From the NCBI GenBank assembly GCA_045586515.1, contig JAZNAM010000087.1:11501-75500 (forward strand): a stretch of DNA of 64,000 nt, read 5' to 3'. The translations under genes were made by a program, and so were the position numbers. The stretch comes from Eubacteriales bacterium. GTDB taxonomy: Bacteria; Bacillota; Clostridia; Oscillospirales; CAG-272. The notes under the pieces were generated by a model, which worked only from the letters and a program-made list of their open reading frames with translations, had not been told where the DNA came from and did not search any database. Below are positions 51,863 through 59,528 of this stretch, in pieces; within the stretch, counting starts at the first letter, position 1; every line of letters starts with the position of its first letter.

Positions 51863-52669
51863 ATGGAATACGGCATCAACGCAGATTTTTTTGAACCACG
51901 TATCGGGCTTGAAAACGCCGTGCGCTTTATCGCAAAGGCTGGTTTTACCAAGCTTGATTACACGCCTTCTCAAATGGCGGGGTGGAAGAACAGATTGCCC
52001 GAAGTGGAGCGCCTTTTTAAAGAACATGGACTTACGGTTCACCAGACGCACGCACCTTTCAATCGCTACGGCAAGTACAGCAATGACCATAAGTTCTACC
52101 TTGATCAATGTGCCGAGGCAACGGAGCGTTTGGGGGCGCAATTCATGGTCGTGCACGGTGACGAGTTTGATTTTGAAAACTTGACGTACTGTGCCGAAGC
52201 GGCACTTGCCTATAATCACGCACTATTTTTACCCTACGTAGAGCGCGCGGCAAGAAATGGTTACAAGGTTGCATTCGAAACGGTGTTCGAGGATTGGGAT
52301 CGCCCTCGTTTTTCGGCAAAGGCAGAAGATTTGCTCGCCTTGATTCGCTCCTTTGAGAGCGAGAGCGCAGTGTGTTGCTGGGATTTCGGCCACGCAAACG
52401 TGGCGTTTAAAAAGCAAGCTCCCATGTATGCGAGAACGTTCGGATCGCTCATTCAGTGCACGCATTTCCATGACAATACAGGCAGAGATTCACACCAGAT
52501 CCCGCTTACTGGCACGATTGATTGGAATGCCAACGTAGAGGTGTTCCGAGAGATTGGCTACGATGGGGTCATCAGCGTGGAGTATTCTCATGGGAACATG
52601 CCGTTGCATCTTATGGATGAATTCATCGATTTAACCTATAAGGCAACAAAGCATATTTGGGAAGCGTAA
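51863..52669 (+). CDS. Sugar phosphate isomerase/epimerase (xylose isomerase-like TIM barrel), second paralogue
   Basis: 268 aa with HAPF, VVHGDE, AFETVFE, WDFGHAN and HFHDN motifs. RBS AAAGGAG. Confidence 0.8.
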   Translation: MEYGINADFFEPRIGLENAVRFIAKAGFTKLDYTPSQMAGWKNRLPEVERLFKEHGLTVHQTHAPFNRYGKYSNDHKFYLDQCAEATERLGAQFMVVHGDEFDFENLTYCAEAALAYNHALFLPYVERAARNGYKVAFETVFEDWDRPRFSAKAEDLLALIRSFESESAVCCWDFGHANVAFKKQAPMYARTFGSLIQCTHFHDNTGRDSHQIPLTGTIDWNANVEVFREIGYDGVISVEYSHGNMPLHLMDEFIDLTYKATKHIWEA

Positions 52670-52685
52670 TTTCCTCGCAATAGCA

Positions 52686-52713
52686 GAAAAAGCCACCCGT
52701 TTGGTGGCTTTTT
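52686..52713 (+). terminator. Intrinsic terminator
   Basis: AAAAAGCCACC-CGTTT-GGTGGCTTTTT. Confidence 0.85.
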
Positions 52714-52767
52714 GTATTTACAAAGGAAGCGTAATGTGATATAATGAAGAAAATAGGAGGTGAGCGC

Positions 52768-53415
52768 ATGAGAGTGGTCGATCTGACACATACAGTAAAA
52801 GAAGGGATGATGGTATATCCCGGAACGGAAGAGCCCACATTGCATCCGGCGTGCACATTGGAAAAGGATGGCTTTCGCGAAACACATCTTTCTATATTCA
52901 GTCACGTGGGCACGCACATGGATGCACCTGCGCATTTGTTTGACGCAGGTAGGGAATTGGATGCGTTTGACGCAGAACAGTTCGTGGGAAATGCACTGGT
53001 GATCGATTGTCGCATGCTGCCCGAAAATGCCGCCATTGACATCGCGTTGCTACAAGCATATGGCGAGGATTTGCGCCGCGCGGACTTCTTGCTTTTTTGC
53101 ACGGGATATGATAAAAAGTGGGGAGACGGTGCGTATTTTAGCGGTTTCCCATGCCTTGATGGTGAAGCGCTTGACTTTGTGATACGCGGCAGTTACAAGG
53201 GAATTGGTTCGGACACGATGAGCATGGACCCCATGAGTGGCGAGGCGCTTTGGCGCCATAAGCGCTTCCTTTCTTCGGGGGATGTGATTAACGTGGAAAA
53301 TCTAACCAACTTAGACCGCTGTATTGGCAAAGGGATTTTTCGGTTTGCCTGCTTGCCACTTAAATATGCGAATGCGGATGGTGCACCCGCGAGAGCGATT
53401 GCGATACTGGAATAA
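52768..53415 (+). CDS. Cyclase-family protein (kynurenine formamidase/arylformamidase-like)
   Basis: Starts at MRVVDLTH after RBS GGAGGTG. Metal motif HVGTHMDAPAHLF. Confidence 0.8.
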   Translation: MRVVDLTHTVKEGMMVYPGTEEPTLHPACTLEKDGFRETHLSIFSHVGTHMDAPAHLFDAGRELDAFDAEQFVGNALVIDCRMLPENAAIDIALLQAYGEDLRRADFLLFCTGYDKKWGDGAYFSGFPCLDGEALDFVIRGSYKGIGSDTMSMDPMSGEALWRHKRFLSSGDVINVENLTNLDRCIGKGIFRFACLPLKYANADGAPARAIAILE

Positions 53416-53416
53416 C

Positions 53417-53442
53417 AAAAAGCCCCCATATGGGGGCTTTTT
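53417..53442. terminator. Bidirectional intrinsic terminator
   Basis: AAAAAGCCCCC-ATAT-GGGGGCTTTTT between convergent genes. Confidence 0.88.
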
Positions 53443-53620
53443 ATATTTGCTTATGGACGCTTTTATATTCGTCGTAGTAGCGATAGTAGGGACAAGACTG
53501 ATTGCGCCCTTGCAAAAAGCGATACATTTCGTCTTCGTCCAACCGCATCGTGCACACATTTGCATCCATTTCTTCATCCCAGTCGTAAAATTCACAGCTT
53601 TCGCAGTTCGTTATAGACAC
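53441..53620 (-). CDS. Small Cys-rich protein (59 aa), DUF6472-like
   Basis: Hand-translated; below the ORF-track cutoff. Product is VSITNCESCEFYDWDEEMDANVCTMRLDEDEMYRFLQGRNQSCPYYRYYDEYKSVHKQI. GTG start after RBS GAGGGGGGGG. The CxxC...C...CPYY pattern recalls a conserved clostridial mini-protein family (from memory). Confidence 0.6.
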   Translation of the reverse strand: MSITNCESCEFYDWDEEMDANVCTMRLDEDEMYRFLQGRNQSCPYYRYYDEYKSVHKQI

Positions 53621-53719
53621 AATTATCCCCCCCCTCGCGTTTCGGTAACATTATTCTACCACATTTTCAGTGTGTTGCAAAGAGGGAAAAGAGTTTTTTG
53701 AAAAAATTAAAAAAACCTC

Positions 53720-53748
53720 TTGACAAACAAAATGCCTTGTGCTATTAT
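53720..53748 (+). promoter_or_regulatory. Sigma-A type promoter of tRNA-Arg(ACG)
   Basis: TTGACA 53720-25, 17-nt spacer, TATTAT 53743-48. Confidence 0.7.
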
Positions 53749-53773
53749 ATGTAGGTACGCCGAAAGGCGACAT

Positions 53774-53850
53774 GCGGCTTTAGCTCAGTTGGATAGAGTG
53801 CCTGGCTACGAACCAGTAGGTCGAGGGTTCGAGTCCCCCAAGCCGCGCCA
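53774..53850 (+). tRNA. tRNA-Arg (anticodon ACG)
   Basis: Hand-folded 77-nt cloverleaf. Acceptor GCGGCTT/AAGCCGC, D arm GCTC-AGTTGGATA-GAGT, anticodon loop CTACGAA, encoded CCA. One C-U mismatch at the top of the anticodon stem and one A-C mismatch in the T stem. Confidence 0.8.
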
Positions 53851-53853
53851 TAC

Positions 53854-53883
53854 AAAAAGCCCCACCAAATGGTGGGGCTTTTT
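53854..53883 (+). terminator. Intrinsic terminator after tRNA-Arg(ACG)
   Basis: Stem AGCCCCACC/GGTGGGGCT, AAAT loop, TTTTT. Confidence 0.9.
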
Positions 53884-54031
53884 GCGTTTTTCTCCAAAAA
53901 TTCATTAAAAAATCACATTCAAACCACTTCGCCGCTATAAAAAATATTGATTATTCTACAAATATATGATATAATACTACCATCTATATTTGTGTTTTCA
54001 TCGCAATGAAAACGGGAAAGGACGAATCCAC

Positions 54032-55108
54032 ATGATTAAGATCGAGCATCTGGTCAAAAACTACGGTTCGAACTGTGCGCTGGACGATGTGAGCTTTGAG
54101 ATCGCGCGCGGCGAGGTCGTGGGATTGCTTGGACCTAACGGCGCCGGCAAGAGCACCACGATGAATATTCTCACGGGTTATCTCTCCTGCACGGCGGGTC
54201 GCGTCACCGTAGACGGGCTGAACGTGCTCAACGAGCCGATGGCAGTGAAGAGTCGCATCGGTTATTTGCCTGAGCAGCCCCCTCTGTATTTAGATATGAC
54301 GGTAGAGGAATACCTCGTCTTTGTTTACAACCTAAAGGGCTGTAATTTTAATCGCACCGCGCACATCAACGAGGTGTGTGAGGTGGTCAAGATCGCGGAC
54401 GTAAAACGCCGCGTGATCCGCAATCTCTCCAAGGGCTATCGCCAACGCGTTGGTATCGCGCAGGCGCTCATTGGCAATCCGCCCGTGATTATTTTTGACG
54501 AGCCTACCGTTGGCCTTGACCCTAAGCAGATCATCGAGATCCGTAACCTTATTCGTTCGCTTGGCAAGGACCATACGGTGATTCTTTCGACTCACGTGTT
54601 GCAAGAGGTGCAAGCAGTTTGCGACCGTATCATTATTATGAACAAAGGCAAGATCGTCGCGGATGAGCTGACCGAAAATATCAATCGCGCCGTTGAGGGT
54701 AACCGCCGCTATCGCATCAAGGTGTGCGGCCCGCAACGTGAGGTGTTAAGCACCCTTCGCTCTCGTCCGGATGTGGCATGCGCAGAGTTGCTTGATGCCC
54801 GCGACGGCGATGCATACACCTATATGGTAGAGGGAGCGGGTGGACTGGATATTCGTAAGTCACTGTTCCATGTGTTTGCTGAGCGTGGTTGGACGATGAT
54901 TGGCATGGAAGCACTTGGTATGAGCCTGGAGGATATTTTCGTATCTCTTGTAGATACTGCCGACGCACCTTTGAGAAGTGTTGCCAAGGGTAGCCGTCGT
55001 GGCGCACGCACGGGACGCGATGTGGAAGCGGATATAGCCAAGGCGATCCTTGAATCCACTGCCGAGCAACAAAAAAATATTGCCCCGTACGACGGGAAAG
55101 ATGAATGA
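54032..55108 (+). CDS. ABC transporter ATP-binding protein (GldA-like, ABC-2 subfamily) with a C-terminal extension
   Basis: Starts at MIKIEHLVKNYG. Walker A GPNGAGKST, signature LSKGYRQRV, Walker B VIIFDEPT. Confidence 0.88.
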   Translation: MIKIEHLVKNYGSNCALDDVSFEIARGEVVGLLGPNGAGKSTTMNILTGYLSCTAGRVTVDGLNVLNEPMAVKSRIGYLPEQPPLYLDMTVEEYLVFVYNLKGCNFNRTAHINEVCEVVKIADVKRRVIRNLSKGYRQRVGIAQALIGNPPVIIFDEPTVGLDPKQIIEIRNLIRSLGKDHTVILSTHVLQEVQAVCDRIIIMNKGKIVADELTENINRAVEGNRRYRIKVCGPQREVLSTLRSRPDVACAELLDARDGDAYTYMVEGAGGLDIRKSLFHVFAERGWTMIGMEALGMSLEDIFVSLVDTADAPLRSVAKGSRRGARTGRDVEADIAKAILESTAEQQKNIAPYDGKDE

Positions 55109-55127
55109 CGGAAGGAGATAACACGAG

Positions 55128-55874
55128 ATGTTTGCTGTTTTTAAAAAAGAGCTGTATTCGTACTTTATCAACCCCGTCGGGTACGTGTACACGGGTATTT
55201 TTCTTGCCGTTTCTGCACTGATCTGCTGTATGACGACATTGCAACAGGCGAGCTATGATACGAGCGACTACTTCCAGTATCTGCTTTTCACCTTTATTAT
55301 TCTGATCCCACTTCTTACGATGCGTTCCTTTGCGGAAGAGAGAAAAACGCGCACCGAGCAGCTGCTCATGACCACCCCCATTTCGATCACGGGCATGGTG
55401 CTGGGCAAGTATTTCGCGGCGTTTACACTTTTCGTGTCCACCATCCTGGTGTCCTGCATCAACTTCTTTCCACTGGTGTCGTATGCGATTGAGGAAAAGA
55501 GCCAGACGACTGCCACGGGTTCGCACATCGGCCCCGTTGGTGCGGAGATCGTTGGTTGCCTGATTGGCGTGATCCTGATCGGCGCGGCGTTTATTGCGCT
55601 CGGTCTGTTCGTTTCCTCTCTTACCGAAAGCCAGCTTTCTGCCTCTGTGATTACGGTGGCGGCCATCGCATTCATGCTGCTTGTCGGCGTGTTCAATCAG
55701 TATATCGGTTGGGCTCCCCTTCGTGCAGTACTTGACTGGGTGTCTGTGATTAGTCGTTTTGACCTGTTTGCCTTCGGTATTTTTGATTTCTCCGCATTGC
55801 TGTACTACGTGTCCCTTGCGGGTGTGTTCCTCTTCCTTACGGTGCGCGTTTACGAGAAGCGCCGTTGGGGATGA
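55128..55874 (+). CDS. ABC-2 type permease (GldF-like)
   Basis: 248 aa, six TM segments. N-terminal FKKELYSYFINPVGYV is typical of GldF-like permeases. RBS GGAAGGAG. Confidence 0.8.
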   Translation: MFAVFKKELYSYFINPVGYVYTGIFLAVSALICCMTTLQQASYDTSDYFQYLLFTFIILIPLLTMRSFAEERKTRTEQLLMTTPISITGMVLGKYFAAFTLFVSTILVSCINFFPLVSYAIEEKSQTTATGSHIGPVGAEIVGCLIGVILIGAAFIALGLFVSSLTESQLSASVITVAAIAFMLLVGVFNQYIGWAPLRAVLDWVSVISRFDLFAFGIFDFSALLYYVSLAGVFLFLTVRVYEKRRWG

Positions 55875-55889
55875 TAGGGAGGTGCTGAA

Positions 55890-57455
55890 ATGAAAAATAT
55901 TTTCCAAAGCAAAAAGTTCCGCTATGGCAGCATTTCCGTGGCGCTTGTTGCGGTGATCATTGCCGCGGTGATCCTTGTCAATGCAATCTTTACGGCTCTT
56001 TCTAACAAGTTCCTATGGTTTATTGATATGACGCCCAATCGCATGTTCACGCTCTCCGATTCAGCTGTTGAGCTGTTGGACACCATGGATAAGAGTGCTG
56101 AGGTGACTATCACCTTCTGTGCTGAGGCGGATGTGTTGGATAGCAATGAAACACAGCGCTATCCTTACCGCACGGCGCTTGAAATGAGCAAGAAATTCGA
56201 CAATATCAAGGTCAAGTACGTTGACGTATACACGAATCCTTCTGCTGTAGCAGGCGCACAACAAAGCACTAGCCTTGACATCAATTCGCAGACGATTATC
56301 CTGCAAAGCGGTACGGAGTATCGTGTGTACTCACTTGAATCTATGTATGTAAGCGACGAGTCGGGCAACGTGACCGGCTATCGCGGTGAGCAAACCTTCG
56401 TTTCGGGTATTTTAGCCGTCACCAAAACCGATCAGCCCATTGCGTGCTTTACGGCAAACCATGGCGAGCTTGACAATCCCAACGTGCAGTATATCAAGCA
56501 GGTGATGGAAGAGGCCGGCTGTTTGATTGCAGATATCGATCTTTCGACAGAGGAAATTCCCGAGGGATGCCGCTTTGTCGTGGTTGTTGACCCTCAAAAC
56601 GATTTCTCCGGCAAGGATGATCAGTATACCACCGATGAGATCAAGAAGTTGGAGCAGTTTCTCTCGGATCAGAAGTCCCTTATGGTATTCTTTGACAATG
56701 CCACGCCTTACCAGCGGAATTTTGAAACGTTCCTTGAGAGCTGGGGCATTAGCATTGCACGTGATTCCGCAAATGAAAACTCTGCACTGCTCGTGCGCGA
56801 TAACGCACAGTCCTTTGACGTGAACGGTCTTACCACTGTTGGTGATTATGTAACCGAGGGTGGTCTTGGCGCAAGCATGACCAAGCCCTTGTGGAATACG
56901 AGCAATCCGAAGTCTGTGCTCTTCCCATATGCGGCAGTCATGCGTACAGCGCCTACGTTTACCCCTCAGTATAATGATAACGGTTTCTGGCAGGCCAATA
57001 GCTTCCAAAACGGCAGGACGCGCGTCGTGGTAGACGTGTTCACATCGTCCAATACCGCAACCGCCGAGGTGGGTGGTAGCAAGCTTAGTGATAAGCAGTT
57101 GGAGGAGCTAGGGCTGAACGTGAATGCTGACAAGCCCTTTTCCTATATGAAACTTGCGTATGAGACTCAGACGAACGATGTGTGCTCCTACGTGCTTGCT
57201 TGCTCCTCGACGGATTTCGCGGCTGCAACGCAAAATTCCGGTTACGGCAACTATACGGCGCTTTCTTACGCAACGAGCATGCTTGGGCGTGATACTGTTG
57301 CCGTTTCCATTGATACCAAGTATTTTAACGACACCGAGATCAGTAACGTGACCGCCGTGGAGGCCAACGTTTACACTGTGGTGCTCACGCTTGTTCCCAC
57401 TATTGTGATTCTTGCTGCGGGCACTGTGGTGATTATTAGGAGAAGATTCTCATGA
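55890..57455 (+). CDS. GldG-family ABC-transport auxiliary protein
   Basis: N- and C-terminal TM anchors flank a ~470-aa extracytoplasmic domain. N-terminal SKKFRYGSISVALVAVIIAAVILVN...DMTPNRMFTLSD matches the GldG/ABC_transp_aux pattern. Confidence 0.75.
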   Translation: MKNIFQSKKFRYGSISVALVAVIIAAVILVNAIFTALSNKFLWFIDMTPNRMFTLSDSAVELLDTMDKSAEVTITFCAEADVLDSNETQRYPYRTALEMSKKFDNIKVKYVDVYTNPSAVAGAQQSTSLDINSQTIILQSGTEYRVYSLESMYVSDESGNVTGYRGEQTFVSGILAVTKTDQPIACFTANHGELDNPNVQYIKQVMEEAGCLIADIDLSTEEIPEGCRFVVVVDPQNDFSGKDDQYTTDEIKKLEQFLSDQKSLMVFFDNATPYQRNFETFLESWGISIARDSANENSALLVRDNAQSFDVNGLTTVGDYVTEGGLGASMTKPLWNTSNPKSVLFPYAAVMRTAPTFTPQYNDNGFWQANSFQNGRTRVVVDVFTSSNTATAEVGGSKLSDKQLEELGLNVNADKPFSYMKLAYETQTNDVCSYVLACSSTDFAAATQNSGYGNYTALSYATSMLGRDTVAVSIDTKYFNDTEISNVTAVEANVYTVVLTLVPTIVILAAGTVVIIRRRFS

Positions 57456-59473
57456 CGGGGCCCGTAGCAGTACCAAAGTCCCCGCGTCGCCGTCGCCGTT
57501 CGTCTTTTAAGCGGACAGCAACGGCTGTGATCATCGCACTGTCTGTTGTGGTATTGCTTGCCGTTGCGTTTTCCGTGGTGTATTATTTTACCTCACGTAC
57601 GCTTTTTGCTGATTATGATGGCGGCAAGTATTATATCAAGCAGCGTGACGGCGTGTACGTTCTTCTTGATGAGAATGGCGCGCTTGTGCGCATGAATGAC
57701 GAGGGTGACTACTATATTACCAATTACGGCACGCTGCTCATGGTTGACCCCGAAACAGGCAATCACAGTGTTGTTGCTTCCGTTATTCCCGCAAATGGCG
57801 AGGATTTGGAATTCAAATCGTATACGGGTGCGTTTGACGTACTGATATATCCCTATCTTCAGCGTAGTGAAATCAGCTCCATTCATGTTGTGAACGAGAA
57901 GGGGGATTTCACGCTTTGCTACGACAAGGAAACAAATGATTTCAAGATCCTTGATTACGAGGGATACGATTGTGATGAGGAGATGTTCTCTTCACTTGTC
58001 GTGGCAACCGGCTATACGAACACGTATATGCGTTTGAATATTCAAATGTTTGATCCGAGCGAGGATACGCGTGACGAGAATGGCTACGACAAATATCAAG
58101 GCTTCCGCGAGAATGGCTATGCTGAATATGGACTTCCCGATGATCCAAACGACGCTAAGGTTTATTACGAAATAACCGATAAAAAGGGCAATATCAACAA
58201 AGTCATTATTGGTGACAAGGTGCCCTCCGGCACGGGATACTATGCTCGCCACGCAGATCGCACGGAGGTGTATGTCCTAAAGGAAACCGAGAAAACCACA
58301 TACAGCTATCCGCTTTCTACCGTTCTTTTTGCAGGCGTAGAGGAGTACGTGAAGCCGCTTGTGGTGTTCCCGATGTCCTCTAACACTTACTTCGATGTGA
58401 GCAATTTTTCCATTAACCGCGTGGGCGAAATCTCGGACGAAATGCTGGAGACACTTACGCCCGAGCAAATTACGAAGCAACTGCTTACCAGCGTGATTGG
58501 CTTCACTTACCAGCCCATAGAGCTTCGCATTGGTACGCTGTACAGCTCGCGTCCTTATGTTGGCGTTGGCAAATACGAGGACTATAGCATCAACTCCTTC
58601 AACGTGGACGACTGCCTGCAAAATTTGATGGATATGGAGGGGGAACGCGTCGTGCGCATCTTCAAGGATGAGGAGGCGGATGGAGCGGTCTTTACTTTCC
58701 TACGCAATTATGGCATTTCATTTTGCATCGAATACGTTGCCAATCTTGAGCGTGATGCCTCGACGTATGAGGTGAAGAATTCTGCCTTCCAGCGCATCTG
58801 GATTAGCAATCTGTCCGCAGATGGCACGTATTACGTCTATAACGAAGCGTTCCAGATGATCGTCGAAGTGTCTCGTTCCCACATGGAGTATTTGGAATGG
58901 ACGGATATTGACTGGGTGGAGAAGGATATCTTTAGCGGCGCGGGGATTGCATATCTGCAGAAGATGATTTGCACGGTGCCCGGTTACGCGAGTGTGGCAG
59001 GCTTAGATCGCGCCGAAACGGTATTCCAGTTCAACAACAGCGCGTCTATCGAAGGCTGGACGCCCAATTCCAGTCAGACTATGCCTCCCACAAATCTGAT
59101 GACCGTGCACGCGAATGGTGTGCCGGTAGATACGGATCGCGTGAAGAACTATTACCGTATGTTACTGTATTCTTCTCTTGGCGGCATGGTTTCCGAAGAG
59201 GAATGTAGTGCTGAGCAACAAGAAACATTCCGAAATGGAACGGCAACTCCTGTTTTTGAGGTGCGTTTGGTTTACACCACAAATCCGGACGGCAGCGGGG
59301 AGGTTGTCACCAGAGTCTTCCGTTTCTATGATTACGGCAACGATATGAAATGCTTCGTTACCATGGGTGGCGAGGGTAGTTTCTGGATGTCGTATGACCG
59401 CGTGGAAAAAATGATTCGCGATCTTGGCTACGTTTTCACGGGTGACGAGATTGTCCCCGAGGGCGTGCTTTAA
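57452..59473 (+). CDS. DUF4340-like membrane-anchored protein (usual fourth gene of GldAFG-like clusters)
   Basis: ATGA overlap with the gldG-like gene. Arg-rich N-terminus, one TM segment, and a ~620-aa extracytoplasmic domain. The family was assigned from gene context and general layout. Confidence 0.55.
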   Translation: MTGPVAVPKSPRRRRRSSFKRTATAVIIALSVVVLLAVAFSVVYYFTSRTLFADYDGGKYYIKQRDGVYVLLDENGALVRMNDEGDYYITNYGTLLMVDPETGNHSVVASVIPANGEDLEFKSYTGAFDVLIYPYLQRSEISSIHVVNEKGDFTLCYDKETNDFKILDYEGYDCDEEMFSSLVVATGYTNTYMRLNIQMFDPSEDTRDENGYDKYQGFRENGYAEYGLPDDPNDAKVYYEITDKKGNINKVIIGDKVPSGTGYYARHADRTEVYVLKETEKTTYSYPLSTVLFAGVEEYVKPLVVFPMSSNTYFDVSNFSINRVGEISDEMLETLTPEQITKQLLTSVIGFTYQPIELRIGTLYSSRPYVGVGKYEDYSINSFNVDDCLQNLMDMEGERVVRIFKDEEADGAVFTFLRNYGISFCIEYVANLERDASTYEVKNSAFQRIWISNLSADGTYYVYNEAFQMIVEVSRSHMEYLEWTDIDWVEKDIFSGAGIAYLQKMICTVPGYASVAGLDRAETVFQFNNSASIEGWTPNSSQTMPPTNLMTVHANGVPVDTDRVKNYYRMLLYSSLGGMVSEEECSAEQQETFRNGTATPVFEVRLVYTTNPDGSGEVVTRVFRFYDYGNDMKCFVTMGGEGSFWMSYDRVEKMIRDLGYVFTGDEIVPEGVL

Positions 59474-59481
59474 TTTGAAAC

Positions 59482-59524
59482 AAAACCGCTTATCCCACCC
59501 GACGGTGTGGGATAAGCGGTTTTT
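59482..59524. terminator. Bidirectional intrinsic terminator
   Basis: Stem ACCGCTTATCCCAC/GTGGGATAAGCGGT flanked by AAAA and TTTT, between convergent genes. Confidence 0.9.
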
Positions 59525-59528
59525 ATAA

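Noticed and set aside
51160-53900. An integrated mobile element or genomic island at the tRNA genes.
   Set aside because: The window contains no integrase, recombinase, transposase or phage gene. The genes between the tRNAs are ordinary metabolic genes (a sugar isomerase and a cyclase). Only the short tRNA-Gln relic is reported as a finding.
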